Counted from the first letter of the stretch, positions 1-14,187 are shown. The stretch: DNA of 64,000 nt from Basidiobolus meristosporus CBS 931.73 (GCA_002104905.1 MCFE01000015.1:187257-251256), one strand, 5' to 3'. The notes: generated by a model from the sequence alone, not told the origin. Program-made: numbers and translations.

Positions 1-190
1 GGTCATACAATAGAATCACCTTCTCCTAACGCTAACTACAAAACGATTGTCTGTAACAATACTGGTCACAAGCAAGATTGAACACCCACCTTTGTCTCGA
101 AACCCTGTTTGTTCGTAAACCACCTTTATCCCCGTTCACTTGCGACCACTTCTATATAGTCTGCTTATTGTTTGACCTGTATCATCAGAG

Positions 191-3100
191 ATGGCGGAAC
201 CAGGAGGGGGCTCGTCTACCGACCCAAATGAAGCTTTTATAACCTTTCTCATATACTGCCTGGTAGTGGTCACTGTTGTTTTATTCTTTCTTTTCTACGT
301 GAATCGAGTGTTTGCGCAGATCCTATCAAAGTTAATTAGTATATACACCTGGAAGAAATACCGAGCATATTTCGAAATAGGTAGGGAACCACAACCTGCT
401 TCTTTCTGAACCTTAATACCCGACCGAGTTGCTAATATTTGGCCTTCCTCGCTATTGCAAACTAAAAGACGCACTTCAATTTTCGTTATTGGGGGGAAGA
501 GTACTATTTAAAAACTTCCGCTACTACTCGAGAAACCAATCGATCTTCATATTACAAGGACACATCACCTTTCGATATTGGTTTCTGAGGGTTCGAGAGG
601 AAAAAAATACAGAAAACTCGTACGAATCGAGCATTCCGGATAACCCTGCTGCGCAAGAACGCCGTGAAGGTGCTTACTTTAAAAATTCCTTTATTTCGAC
701 CATTTGACTGACTCGATTCTATCCGGTACCATTTATCTAGTTAAAGAGCTGCCCTGCAGAATCAAATGCGAGATTAAGGGTTTAGAATGGTTCATGTATA
801 ACCGCACCCCTGTGTATGACATTCTGGAGAATATTATCAACCCATCACGAGATAGCTCCGTCCTACAAGGCTTTGCCTGTGGCAATAGCGAGGAAAATAT
901 TACAGGTTAGGGGATTTTGACAGATACAACAACAGAGTTTAGGCTAATCCCACTTGAAAGTCAACTTCGATGGCGACACACCGCCGGCCGAGACAGAATC
1001 CAGCTTGTTTAGAAAACTGCTGCCAATACAATTTGATTGCGATATTGGTTCCATTACCATCGGAAATAACGATCTACCTACAATATTGATCTCTAGTTTC
1101 TCCCAGGCCACTGGGGTATATTCCGCTGCAAAGGTACATATCTGTAAAACGAACTTTACCCACATTTACATTCAGGCATGCTTACATCTCATGCACACAT
1201 AGCCCAGCTCTCCACTTGATTATTATAAATCGGTTCTCAACATGGACGTCATTAGTCCCAAAATCTCATGCCGAATCAATGTAGACTACAACGACAGGGG
1301 TATGTCCTACCCTCCGTTAACCGAGTATAATCTGGTTGTTTAACGCTTATTTTGAAGACGGCCGAACAGAGAACGAAAAAGCGGAGCTCTTGGCTCAAGA
1401 GTATGCGCGAGTTTCAACTGTAGTAGAGTGCTCCGAGCTTTACTTCAATTATTACGCAGATGTCCCTGGGCCAGTTCCGTACCATTCCCGGTTGGAAATC
1501 GACCCGAGCGAGATAGATATCGGGAATGGTGGACCGCCGCCACAATATGGAATTCACTTGATCTTTAAACAAGGCATTGTACACTATGGCCCATGGACCG
1601 ACCAGCAACGCTCCATCATGCAGAATTATTTCTTTCCCAATTCGTATCGCGACCTCGAAAAGACGACCCCGCTACAACATGGCTGTCCACGTGTCCATAC
1701 TGAACTGAAAATGTTTATCCAGTTAGATAAGGATATAACGATACGTGTGCCATTCCGGGAATCTTCCAAGGTAATTTAGACTCTTTCAGAATACGATCAA
1801 GACTGAGCTAAAGCATCCACCTTAGAACTGGAAATACACCGCAGCCAATAGCGCCTATTACGGCGCTCGTAGCCCTCGTCCCTATGGGTGGATTGACTTG
1901 AAATCATCAGGCTTCTACATCGATCTATCCGTTCCTTTGGTAGTAGGAGGAAATGGCTACGCTACTATGGTAGATGTGCGATGCCAGGACCTTGAAGTGG
2001 CTACTAGTACCAACTACGCGGCTATGCTGCAGTCACAGAACTTCCATGTCAGTTACTTTCGGTCATCGCCGGTGATTTTATACTAACCGAACCATTCATT
2101 CCAGATTCATTGCGTGTTGCAAAACCCTCTCATATGGAATCAGATCCGCACTTGGGTTTTTGACCTGAGCTTTGACAAGACGAAATTATACCTTCTGAGA
2201 GATCAGATTACTCTTTTACAGGATATGATCAAAGATTGGACCGCAGGTCCTTCAGTGGACTTCGCCCACTTCGTCCCCATTGAATATATCTATAAGATGA
2301 TTTTCGACGAGTTGGAAGTTAACCTCTATGTCAACGAGCACAACATCATCAACGACCCGAGTGACCTAGAAGATAATGGTGAGTTTTTGGTTCTTGCGCG
2401 CCCTGTCCTCCGGTCTAACCTTGCTCCTGTAACCAGCTATCCTGACACTGGCAACGTCACGCCTTGATGCTGCAATCATCACTCCCTTTGGAAAGTACGA
2501 ACCAAAAACAAACAACATCGAATTCTCCGTCAACGTAATCTCCCAAATTGAGCCTTCTTTGAGCACAGACATTAATACCAGACCTGATGATTAGATGCAA
2601 AAAAACTTTGTCTCGTTGGCTCTACCAACCTCTCATACAGCTAGCGCCTTCCTCCCAAAGAGAACTCATAGCATTGGAAATGTCAAAGGATTCGTCATCG
2701 ACGGAAATTACGAATACTACACGAAGGTCGACCCAACCCATTTGGACACTCTAACACTCAACATCAAGGTAAGCCCTTCCTGACAAGCATCACCATCCTC
2801 CCAGCAATAGCTGATTTCGCAAATTACCAGCTCGTCAAACCGAATGTGCAGCTCTCTGGTTTATTCATCAAGCATCTGATGATCGTGAAAGATAACTATC
2901 TAGGAGCCTTCAACAATTTCCTGACATTTGAAGAGTACAGGTCGAGGATTGACACTTCATTTGATCGGGTTGAGCAAACCAATGCTCAATATCGAGCCAA
3001 GGTATTGATTTAGTCTTCCACAAGTAATTGCCTACCGGACATTCATTCTCGCTCTACAGAGCCCCGAAAACCCCTACGAGGTATTCATAAGACTCATGAT

Positions 3101-6100
3101 CGAGGATTTGATATTGAAGCTGCCGGAGAACCTGTATGCTTGTGAGGATTTCTTGGAGCTCTACGTTCAGGAATGCCAAGTCGAAAACCGGGCCACAGAC
3201 TTTTATCAAGGTACATTTACGCCAGCATTATCTTTCTAGCCGCAAACGAACACAACGGAGCTTACCACAACACTTCCCGATTTAGATCTGTATGCCACTA
3301 CGACACCGGTTTTTGTGACGAAAGGTGGGCCGGGTATTTCTGCGTTGAGCAAGCAAAAGTTATCTCGGATTCAAAAAGATCGTCAAGACATCTTGTACAC
3401 CGAGGGTTAGTTGGCATCAGCTTCTGTTGGATTCTCATGAAATAGCACTGAATGCCGCTTCTCTACATAGACATCACGATCCATGCGCATCGTATGTTTG
3501 GGCCTTTGCCTCATACAAACACTTATGTTTGTGATTGGAAACTCGACTTCGGAAGTGTGCTGGGTAGAGTCGGCCCAAAATTCCTGGCCGGCTTCGGCTC
3601 GTTTCTGGATTCGTTTGTGTTCAATTACGTCGATCGAGAAAACACCTTCCCCTCGGAGTTTCAGATCCCACCGTTCCCTGATCTAACTCTGCTAAAGGTC
3701 GGGATCGCTGATCTGGACTTCGTCGTGTGGGCAGGTGGAAGCGTCTCCCAGTTGCTGATCAAAGATGGGATTCGAATCGATTTCAACAACCTGGTCAACG
3801 AGGTGTACAACAGCAAGGCCTATATATCGATCCCAGAGCTGATCATTCGATTCATGACGGTATCAGATAAGCAGGATGGGCAAATGTATTCCGATGCGGA
3901 AAACGAGGAGATTCCTTGGGTGGAGGTGGCTAGTATCGAGACCGCATTAAACATCAGCACATACACAAACACTCCAGATTGGAGAGTGAGGCGACAAAAG
4001 CAGCGATCATTTGTTAGGCACGAAGATAGAGAGACGCTCAGATGTTGCTTTGTTTACGAAGACGATACGAGCACTATCTATGAGACCTCTTCCACTAAAG
4101 CAGCCAGCGACAACCACCTGAATGGCTCATATCTCCCTCCTCTCATATCGACTATTCTCGAAGGGTTCAATGAACCCTCTCTGGGCATAAACTTTGATTC
4201 CGCCACAAATGGTTTGTCGACCTTTTTCCCCGATTCTCAAAACATCTCCCTTCATGAAGATATCAAGGCATTCTGGCCAGCCTGCGATTCACCTACTGAG
4301 ATAGACGCGGAGTTCGATTTCGACGAAAGCCAGCAGAACAAGGTAAACAGCTATCTCGACGCACATTCCCTTAACTATTCCGGCTCGTCAAGGGCTGGCT
4401 CCATGTTGTCCCGCTGGGATGGTGCTACCAATGATCGAATCAGCTCGTTTTACCAAAATGGCGCGGCTGACAGTGACTCGGACGTCAGCTACTATATGAA
4501 TGAGTCGGACGAAGAGGAGAGCGAAAAAGATACGCTAAACAGCCAAAGAGAGGGTAGATCTGTCCCCCCTAAGCCCGTGTCAATACCTTACTACAAGTAC
4601 CTTAAAAGATACAAAATGACAGACGATTCAAAGCGGGACATGGCCGAAGGGAATATTCGACTAAAGCCGCCTTGTACGATGTTTACCGACCTCTCGGAAG
4701 CAAACACAGAGACTTCTGCATTCTACCGGTGTAGCTCCAAAGGATCTTTCCAAGGCCAGGGCAATTCACCGATATCGGCATGGCTTCGCCAGCAAGATTC
4801 TACCATTAGGGATACTTCTGATGAAGCCGAGCAATTTGCCGAATCCGAGTTTGAAAACGCGATGGTTCTCGAGTGCCCTGACCGTATCAAAGTATTGATC
4901 ACACCGGTATTCTTCAAGATAGTACAGGATTTGGTACAGTCGATGGATGAACAGGTTTGAATCTTTCTATTGAAGATTTTCTCGCGGCACAGATCAACTG
5001 AACCTTTGTTTCTCATTAAATCAGGAGTGGAGCATTGAAAGTATCCTGGATTCTATACAGATCGACAACGTCGTCAAACCCTTAAGGTTGGAAAATTTGC
5101 GATGTAGAAGTATGAAGTACTTGATTGGAATTCCCAGAGTCCACCTCCATTTGATCCAAGACGTGACTCTGCCAGATGACTTCACATCCAACCGGGAGGA
5201 ATTCCCATATGCTCGCACAAGATATGATCTATCTGATACACTACTCTCCACTATGGACGTCGTACTAGACGACTTGATGCTCAACGTTTTCGTCAAGAAG
5301 AAGATGGCTCATCCGGAAAGCCATGAAGAGATGGTCGTTGTCGACTCCAAGGTTTTGTTGGACTTCAGTCAGTTGAGGGTCAATCTGCGCTTTGTCGGCA
5401 TCGGTATATTTGGTATATCGGAGACGCGGCTTAAAAAGCTCCCGTTAGATTTCATCAGCTATTCGGAGAATGAACCAGTTGTGCTGGACCTACTGTTCGA
5501 TCGTTTTCATTTGGAGTGGCTAGGTAACAAAAAGCCGAATTCCTTTACAGCGTTGCTGGAGGATTTCTCCGCCATATTCCTTCACGAGGCGGTGGAGATC
5601 GTTTTCGGGGCAGCGGCATCCTGGCTGGCCTTTGCGAATGATATGAAATCTGTGCTGTCGATGTTCCAAAAGAAAAAATCCAAGCGGGTTCAGTATTTGG
5701 TCGCCACCATATCCGATTATTCGGCAAGAAATACTATCGGCCCCGACCCAGCGTTCCTTTCCCGTGTATCAGGAGTTCGGAGATTGGGTGCCAAGGAGGC
5801 GTTCGTCAACGACAGCTGGAGGCTGATGGCCCGCATTCGACATTGCTCACGCTCCATGACCCACGATTCTATGAGGAGACTCAAGAATTCGCTACGTGAC
5901 CAGGAGATTGAGAAGTGGAACTTGGATTCAGTACTACACGCGGTGACCACGAATTTTTCCAAATGGAGGTTCTGGGAATTCGAGAAACTCGAAAGCTGCT
6001 TGTTGCTCACAAACATCTTTGGTCGAAAGGAGAGTTCTCCAAACGATATAGATGCCGTCATCATCGAGTTTTTGCGGTCGTCAGAGAACTGCTTAGGGAT

Positions 6101-9100
6101 CAAGTTCAACCGAGTCAGTTTGTTCATCTACGGAGAGAACGAGACTGAAGATAACTCCATGGTCGTTGGACCGGTACAGATCGACTCGGAGACCGATTAT
6201 CTGGACAATACCAGTGCTGTGTATGTTGCTGACGAAGAGAAGACGTATGGTCAATCGTCTCGAGAGACGCTGGATTCCTTTGTCAACCTCTTCCTCTGCG
6301 CAAAGATTCATCAGATCGACATTGTACTGAAGCCAACACTACTCACGTTTGTCAAGCATTTGCTTCATGTGAACCGATGCTTTAGTCCTGTGTTCGACTC
6401 GTTTTCTGAGGATGAGAGCGTATCAGGCAGCGATCAGTTGATCGAGCCAGGTGACGGATTCGACATTACTCGACTGATATCAAAGCTGCGCTTCTCAGCA
6501 CACGCCATGCTCTTTCTGGACCACATCAATGTTACGGCCACTGTCGAACACTGGATAACTCAGCTCAAATTTGACTCTATCAAACTAAATGGGATCTCGC
6601 ATAACCTGCTAGTCAAGCCCAGCCAATCTACCAAGAAACCGATCGCTCCGGAGACTGTGCGCATCCCGATCTTTGCCGATGCATCGAGTTCGATTGATTC
6701 CCTATCGTTAACTCTTCAAGAACGCATCATGACCGAAAACCACAAGCAACATACTCAGCTTCTCTCGTTCGATACCCACGGAATCGGAGTCAACGTCGCA
6801 TTCGACAACTCCAAAATAGCCCGGCACAGAAAACTCACGGATAGCAGCGAGCCCAATTACCTCAACGTATTTGTGAAAGTGCGAGGATTGTCCCTCAAGG
6901 TCCCACAGAACCTAATCAAGCTGTATCACTTCGTTGAAAAGTGGAAAACCGAGAATCTGCCAAATTACGATTTCTTGATCAATCGCTTGATAGCAGAGTG
7001 GGAAAGCCACAAAAGTACCTTCCCGATCAAGACCCAGTCGGAAAAGGTTCACCACCACAGAACCAGCCTGAACCCACTTGGTTTGAAGCTGCAGTTTTTG
7101 CTCAAGCAGATCACATTCCAAAGCGATGTGACGCCGTCGCTGAATTTCCAGTACGACATCCTGGACTTCCTGGGGTATCTGCAGAGCAATTCTATCGAAC
7201 TCGACAGCAAAAAGCCTGGATTTGATCTTAGCTACTCAGTCCAGATTCTCAAGCAGAACGTGCAGTTCATCACGAAACACAAAGTGCCAACCCATGCTAG
7301 CACCGGTAATGAGAATCCCCGCGACTTACACCAGCAAATCGCCACCTTCTCCATACCAGCTATACGCTCGGAAGGTCGAGTAGAAACTGTAAACGATCGT
7401 AGCAAACTCGAGTCCATCGTTATCATCGACTTTATCAGATTGACGCTCAATGCAAACCTCATTGACCAGCTGTTGACCACACACACTTTGCTGAGCAGTG
7501 AGTTCAACGACGTGATCGACGTATTCCTCTACTCCACCAGAAAAATTCAGGAGCGACGCACGAGGTTGAACGTGCAACCGTCCAACTCGGAAGAAACCCC
7601 GAAGAACGCATTGCTGTTCACGAACAAGATCTCCTTCAAAGGACTTCGAATCGCGGCGGTTAGCCCGGTTGCGGTCATACTTTTCGAGTCGGACGTCCTG
7701 CACGGGTTTGTGTCGAATCTGAAGAACTCCAATCGAGTCAAACTTGAGCAAGCCGCAGCACCGCTGTCGTGGAAGATATTCGCCAACAAGTTCTCCATCT
7801 CCCTGAATCACAACGCGGGCAATATGAGCGATTACATGGAGAGCACTGTGTCGCGTGATGACCCGAGCGTGCTGAAGTACCGTATGGCCTTCATCTTGAT
7901 GGACTTGGTGATGCAGAACTGGAACCCGGAGCCGAAATGCGACGGAAATGACCAGCGAGGCAAGTCCTCAACAATGGAGTCTTTCTTCATCAAGTTCCTG
8001 AAGCTGCATGCGGTCATGCAGCCCATTGCGCTGGGCAAATCCGCCGATCTGTATATCTACGTGAGCCAGGAACTCGCTCGTAGAAAGGAGATAAAAACGC
8101 TCCAGATTCGGAAATTGACGCAGGATACCAAGCGTATACTTCGGTCGCTGGATGTCGAAGTGCCCAAATACAAGGACAATGGCCGCTCGTTCTTTGAGGA
8201 TAAGCTACTATCAGTGCAGATCAATAAGCTTGCCATCGCTATTCCACTAGAGAAATATGAAGATATCGGCTCATCCATCTCCACCACTCCGTCTTCGCAG
8301 CACAAGTTGCGTAGCAAGCCAAAGCACCCGACTGCCTTTTTGTTTACTGTCAGATACATCGATCTATCCACCAAAAAGCTGGAGAGAAGTCACGGCCTAG
8401 TAAACGACCTATGCCTTCAGTTCATCCCACAATTTGATCAGAGCAACGAGAAGTTCTTTTCCCAGGCTCAACACACCAAGATGAATAGAGTGCTTCTGCC
8501 GGTAATTGGATGCAAAGTATATTCACAAATCAGCGCGACCAAGCACAAGATCCAAATCGATGCCCACGTCGAAGGATTCGAGATCGATATCGAGCCAACT
8601 GTTGTGGAGCATATCAACAATCTGGAGGATATCTGGCTGAACAACAAGCTGAAGTTCAGCACGCTGGCCAACGAGAATGCCGCCTCGAATCCACAGCACC
8701 GACCCAACTCCCTAAGCCATGATGTGCTCACTCTCAAGGATGATACCGGGTCTAGTGCCTTACATATGGTTTCCTTAGAGCTGGAAACAAGCTTTAGCTT
8801 TAGTAGTGGAACATGCCGGTTTTATCCGAAGACCTCGAAGTCGGTCGTGCCAGACCATCTCTCCACGAAAAGCACCTCAGACAATGGCACGCCGATAGAT
8901 TTGGGAATTGGAGTTCTTGTGATCCCTGGGTTGACCCTCCATTTCGTGTTTATCACGCCAATTGGGGAATACGCCAGATCGGTCATCGACCCTTCAGCTA
9001 GGCGTATCTACCTGGAGATCATGATACACCCAAGCGAGAACATCGTCTACCCATCAGCGATCCCATTCATCAAAGATATCCTGTCCGGCCTAAAGCTGGG

Positions 9101-11102
9101 TGTTCAACGCTCGAGCGAAAAGAAGCATGTGACAAAGGTCGAGAACCCGTCCTCGGTCATTCAAGAATTCAAGGTCTCTGTGTACCTGCGACTCTCCCAG
9201 ACGAGATTCGACCTTAGCTGTCAACCAGCTTCGAAGGTTGCTCTATCATTGCTCTGGGAAGAAGGGAACTTCCTCATGTCCTCTGGGAATGAGAACGGCT
9301 ACCAGGGGATCACGTGCACAGGCAACATCAAAGGAGCCTCTGTAGTCGTTCAGCATGCCTTCTCACCCGAATATTGTTTACTGGGAGAAACCCGAAACGC
9401 TTTGTTCAATATGACCATCATGAGTCGCAATGACAGCACCGCCAAAGAAAACTCTGTCTCTGCGGTCGCGCAAATCTCGGAGATTCGAGGGGATTTCAAT
9501 ATGCGACATTTCCAGGACTTCTTACTGTTCAAGAATGTTTGGCTGGATCGGTCCATCGACCAATTCACAACCAAGGATGAAGAGCAGGCCATAGCAGTAA
9601 ATGGAGAAGTTCATCCCTCGGAGGATACTGAATCGAGCGAGACGGCCGAGCACCCCAAGCCATTCTCCGTTTTCGTCACCATCTCGTTGAAGCATATTGA
9701 TATTGCTGGGGATTTAGGACAAGCGATTGGCAAGGTGTACTTCTCTACAGAAAACATCACCTTCAATACCACGCTGGTTCCGGATGCCTTCAGATCTTTG
9801 ACATCCACGGTAGGACGCATAGAGCTGAAATCGGAGGGCAGACTGAAAGGAAGCGCCACGCTCGATGAGCTTCAGGTTGTGCTTCATGTCAAGAACTTGC
9901 CTGCAGTCATCGAGAATTCTGCAATACATAATTGGGTTAATGTTCAGCTAACGCTTGGGCGAATTGCAACCACCTTCGAGTATGAGTACCAGCGTATACT
10001 GGTTGCCGAGATCGATCCCATTGTCCTTCATCTGAGAGACCAGTGGGATAACGTCAACTCTGAGGAAATGAAAGTCAACATCCACTTAAGTTTGACGCTA
10101 AAGGAAGTGGAGATTGTCTCTTCAATCAAAACGCACCCGGTGTTCATAAGCATCGGGAACAAACTGATCATGGTTATTGAAGAGAAACGCCGACTTGCCT
10201 TTGATAGCATGGCTTCGACATACTTCGTGGAGGGCAACTCGAAGGTAAAGCCGCGTCCACCGGCCGAATCAACCGCCAACCCCAATGACCTCCAGAAGCA
10301 GTATATCATGATTGGCAAAAAGATGATCTCCCCAGTGGGGGAACTCTCGCTGACACTAGAAAGGGCGCGGGTTACAATCTACCCGAACCGGTTCTCCGAC
10401 AATGATTTTGTTCAAGGAAGACTGGAAGGCCTAGGCATCGTGCTGAATAGAAGCATCGCCTCGGACAGGAAGATCCACCGCTCGCTTATCCTCAAATTCG
10501 CCACCGTGGCGGTCTCCAAGAATCGATGCAAAAAGCTGGAATTGCAAGACGAAAACCGGCTGAGCATCAGTGAGTGGATCCGGCATATTTCGGAGAGCTC
10601 TTCCAAGAATATACTCTACCTTCCAAGCACCAAGATGGAAATGCTAACGCAGCAGCTCTTTGACAGTCTAGTCATTGAGCATCAATTCTCCACGCAGTTT
10701 GTGGGAAGGGTGGATATTGCGCTCAATTTCACCTTGTACAAATACCTCATGGAGCTGGCATCGCTGTACAATCAAATGAGAAGCAGCACGCGCAAACCCT
10801 CCGACACCCTAAAGCAAAGAGGCGCTCCTGCCGAGGCAGACCAGAAAACGGAACCTGCCAATTATTCGGATAGAACGCCCGACCCAGCAGCGAAGGAACT
10901 TATTTTCAAGGCCGTAGAGCCTATCCGCTTGGATCCCCAACTAAAACTTATGGGCGACGCTACGCCACCGCTGGAGTGGATTGGCGTCCAACGTCAAAAA
11001 GTTCCCGAAGCCATACACGACCATGTCACCTCGAATCTGGACGAATTCCTTCTAGCGGTTCAAAGTCTCTATGTTGAGCAATTATCCAAAGGTGCCCATT
11101 GA
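191..11102 (+). CDS. CSF1: Csf1/BLTP1 (KIAA1109/Tweek) family bridge-like lipid transfer protein, multi-exon
   Basis: N-terminal TM helix (FLIYCLVVVTVVLFFLFYVNRVFAQIL). Splicing intron 381-468 (GTAGGG..AAG) gives EI|DALQFSLLGGRVLFKNFRYYSRNQSIFILQGHITFRYW, the Csf1 N-terminal signature. About 12 further short GT-AG introns follow. The 2004-aa terminal ORF ends in the Csf1-type ...PIRLDPQLKLMGDATPPLEWIG. Internal exon boundaries are only partly resolved. Confidence 0.9.
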
Positions 11103-11150
11103 AGTGTTTACTTGGCTCTCATCCCTAAGTGTATTAATAGCGTACTGCGA

Positions 11151-11166
11151 TATATATATATATATA
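11151..11166. repeat. (TA)8 microsatellite in CSF1 3' UTR
   Basis: tatatatatatatata seen directly. Confidence 0.9.
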
Positions 11167-11729
11167 CATACCCCACTCTAATACTTTGATAATACAATAC
11201 AAACTACGCTAGCACCATGATGCTTTCGATCCCGTCGTTTTTGATTTCTTTATTTCACTCCACTACACGAACCGCTTCTTCGCGGCAGTAATAGCTCTAT
11301 GCAAGTGCGAGCCGGGGCTATCGGGCAGCAACCCCCACATCAGAAAACTCTAGCAGTGGTTATATTTGAGATGGATTCGACCCAGACCAGTTATTCCCTA
11401 AATAAGGGCATATTATGAAGTGGCGAATACGGGGGCACCAGATTTTATTTCTGGCCAGCGACACGAAAACCAACCATTCGCTGGGCAGACTCCCAGTGAT
11501 TTTTAGCTAAAAGTTGGGGTTGCAAGGTACACACCAGGGGAAATCCATACGAAGTTGGCAGTTTCTCGGAAAGGCTGTGGGCAGATGCTTCAAATCTCTT
11601 TAATGGAGAAATACTTGGGTACAGGTTTAGGCCGAGGGAAGGCAAGAATGAGGGTAGCGGGGGAGGGAAGGAGTGTATATCGAAGTTCACTTGATATGGG
11701 GCCAGGTGGTTTGGACGAAATAAAGGGCT

Positions 11730-11957
11730 TTATAGTTGCGAAGCAGGTGTGGAATCCTTTTGGTCCTGTATTACGGTAAGGGTGGAGGACTTGGACACTT
11801 CCACCATTTGCTCCTCTTCTGCGTACATGTGCATACGATCTGAAGCGGGACAAGGTAATACAGTGGGGGCGGCAACGGTGAACACTGAGCCAACGGCTAC
11901 CGAGAAGAACAAATACGAAGTGATTCGCTGTCGTTGTGCGTACGATAGTGTTCTCAT
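11730..11957 (-). CDS. COA2: Cytochrome c oxidase assembly factor Coa2-like small protein (75 aa)
   Basis: MRTLSYAQRQRITSYLFFSVAVGSVFTVAAPTVLPCPA parallels yeast Coa2 (MRAVTRNKIVNNLYFSTFLIAFASVAIGSVLPCPA, from memory): basic N-terminus, one hydrophobic segment, VLPCPA motif, similar length. Confidence 0.75.
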   Translation of the reverse strand: MRTLSYAQRQRITSYLFFSVAVGSVFTVAAPTVLPCPASDRMHMYAEEEQMVEVSKSSTLTVIQDQKDSTPASQL

Positions 11958-12361
11958 GTTACGTTTCTAGCTTGTAGGTTAGGTCCCTTTCCGTCAAAAC
12001 GATGTCTCTACACGCCTTGCTGTTCAGGAAGTTGACAGAGAAACCCCAAAATAAGAGATTCAAGGTACGGACTACTTCAGACCGCCGCCCATTTGGCAAT
12101 CTACTTTACCTCAGTTTTCCAAACTGATTGGGGTCTCTGTCACACCAATAAGAGCCACCACTGCCAAAAATTCTTGGGGCTAATCGAATCTTGGCAAAAT
12201 CCCCTCATCTTTTCGAAACGGTCAGCTCGACCCTGTTTATTTTCAAGCTTAAGCTAGCCACTGGAATATCGGTCAGTGCCTCGTTGAGCAATATGATGTG
12301 GTGGTGATATTCTCATTAAATGATTTATAATGGTGGATTTTTTACAGCGGGATTGGTAGGC

Positions 12362-12765
12362 TTATTCCTTGAGTTCGAACTCTTTGATGGTCAGCGTAAC
12401 CAAATGCAGGAACTCCAAGAACGAATTGACCGCCACGCGCAACATACGCACCGTATGGCATTGGAAAGTGCTATGAATCCAGTTGAAAGGGGTGAGCCTT
12501 CTTTCGGCTGGGAGAGTGAGATTGTGTAGCACTTACACTAGGAGCTGGTTATCCTTCACCTCAAGCTCGCGCTTGACCTGATCCTCCTTTAGCTCCTTGT
12601 CGACATTAAGAGTACGTCTGGCAATGTCTGCCTGTTGAGGGGACTCAAAGGCAAAAGAAAGATTCCTAACATGCAGGGAAGATCGTTCCGGTTAGCAGTG
12701 ATTTCGAGAAGTTAGATCTGTTGAGCAACAGCATACATGGTGTGTTCCCAATTTGTGGTGGACAT
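12362..12765 (-). CDS. PCC1: KEOPS/EKC complex subunit Pcc1/LAGE3 (3 exons; absent from the ORF track)
   Basis: Manual splicing of two GT-AG introns (GTATGC..GTTAG; GTAAGT..CATAG) gives MSTTNWEHTMNLSFAFESPQQADIARRTLNVDKELKEDQVKRELEVKDNQLLVTFQCHTVRMLRVAVNSFLEFLHLVTLTIKEFELKE*, which has the Pcc1 pattern (F.S...A.IA...L.VD.EL....V.R.L.V....L.V.F......LRV..NSF). Confidence 0.85.
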
Positions 12766-12971
12766 GATGGGTAGCTCTGCTGCTGCAAACGATACTGGCT
12801 TGGTAGGTGAGAGGTAATCAAACAATCCCTTAAGTTTAATTGAATTCAGGTCAAATAGAATAGGTTGTTCACAGGTTTACTTCGGAAAAAAATCCTCCAT
12901 ATTGATCGCATATATTCATCGAGATTTAATAAACATCATTGGCTTCCACCATCAACACGGCCAATTCAACC

Positions 12972-13535
12972 ATGTCGCTTCCCATATTCCGCCTTCGTCA
13001 AACACAGACACATGTGACTATTTTGGTTGAAGTCCCACTGATACAGGAAGCTTCGGTTCAAATAAGAAACGACAGGAACTCGGTAAGTCCTTCCTCGATG
13101 ACCAGTCTTCATAAAGGCAACACTAACTCGACCAAGCTTACTCTAACCTTTACTGATGCTGAAGAGCAAGAATACGAACTCCCTTTGGATTTCGAACAAG
13201 AGATAGATCCCTCTGGAATCAAGACAAGCGTTTGCGAGACCAACCTTGTCTTACTATTCCATAAGCAACTTCCCGGCGAGTGGAAGTCGGTGTACGTGAG
13301 GGAGAGTGGCGAGAAGCATTTCTTGACCGAAGCGCGTATAAGACAATTGGTTGCTCACGGCGAACAGGAGTGCCCTTGGGTAGGTTGAAAAAAAGCCGTG
13401 GTATCAATTAAATGGGATTTCTAATCTATGAATTGGGTTTGATCCCGTTAGTCCAAATCGGACGTACATATCACCGCTGTGGAGGTGGATAGGAAGAATC
13501 CCAGTGAATCACTGGAGTTTGAAGTCCGTTTTTAA
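12972..13535 (+). CDS. Stand-alone CS (p23/HSP20-like) domain protein, about 145 aa, resembling the Kintoun/DNAAF2 C-terminal CS region
   Basis: ATG at 12972. Introns 13083-13136 (GTAAGT..ACTAAC..AAG) and 13380-13451 (GTAGGT..TAG). Product MSLPIFRLRQTQTHVTILVEVPLIQEASVQIRNDRNSLTLTFTDAEEQEYELPLDFEQEIDPSGIKTSVCETNLVLLFHKQLPGEWKSVYVRESGEKHFLTEARIRQLVAHGEQECPWSKSDVHITAVEVDRKNPSESLEFEVRF*. CS pattern: Q(T)..V.I.V.VP ... L.K...G.W. Confidence 0.7.
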
Positions 13536-14095
13536 TCGATTCATCACAGCAGCCACTGGTCTATGGTCGCTGCATGGGTCGAGGGTTGGACAAAGCCCAC
13601 CACATGTACCATTATATCATAGAAGTTGGAATAAAGAATCAGTCTGTGGCACTGTTACTACGAAGGCTGTGGGGTTGATTGATTCGAGAGAAACCCTGGT
13701 GCAGGATGATGATGCGTTCGTCAGAAGTTATACTGTTCAGCTTGCAGACGCACTTGTCACTTTATCCGTGGGGCTTGCGGAAATGAGGTGCACTTGTTTG
13801 TAACTGTATCATGGCTTGGTCAGCCACACTTGGTCAGCCACCATTCTCCTGCGATGATCACATAAACTTGATACTCCGTGATATCAGCGCTGATGGGCAA
13901 ACAAGCAGCCATCCCAAACTGCTACCCCAACCCAGCATCCCTAAACGGTGGTAAGGGTTCAAGATAGAACTGCATACGATCTCATGTTAGAAAAACACAT
14001 CGACCAACCACGTCGCTACGAACCGTAACGGCTAATTGCAATTACATGGCATGGCATACACCTGGCAACAAAGCATCATCAATTTGTACGAGTCC

Positions 14096-14187
14096 CTACT
14101 CTTAATTGGCAATGTATGAATAACAAGTTCTGGTCTCGTTTCTACTCTTAATTGGCAATGTATTGATAGCAGGTTATAGACTCGTTT
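14096..14187. repeat. 2 x 46-bp imperfect tandem repeat upstream of cyclin gene
   Basis: ctactcttaattggcaatgtat...ctcgttt at 14096-14141 and 14142-14187. Confidence 0.9.

Noticed and set aside
5500-10610. Numerous antisense and alternate-frame ORFs over CSF1 (likewise over the M16, FHIP and RT ORFs)
   Set aside because: Shadow ORFs of long coding regions with no independent motifs.
11345-11395. tRNA/SINE-like A and B boxes (tagcagtgg...ggattcgaccc)
   Set aside because: Box spacing is too short and no cloverleaf stems form.
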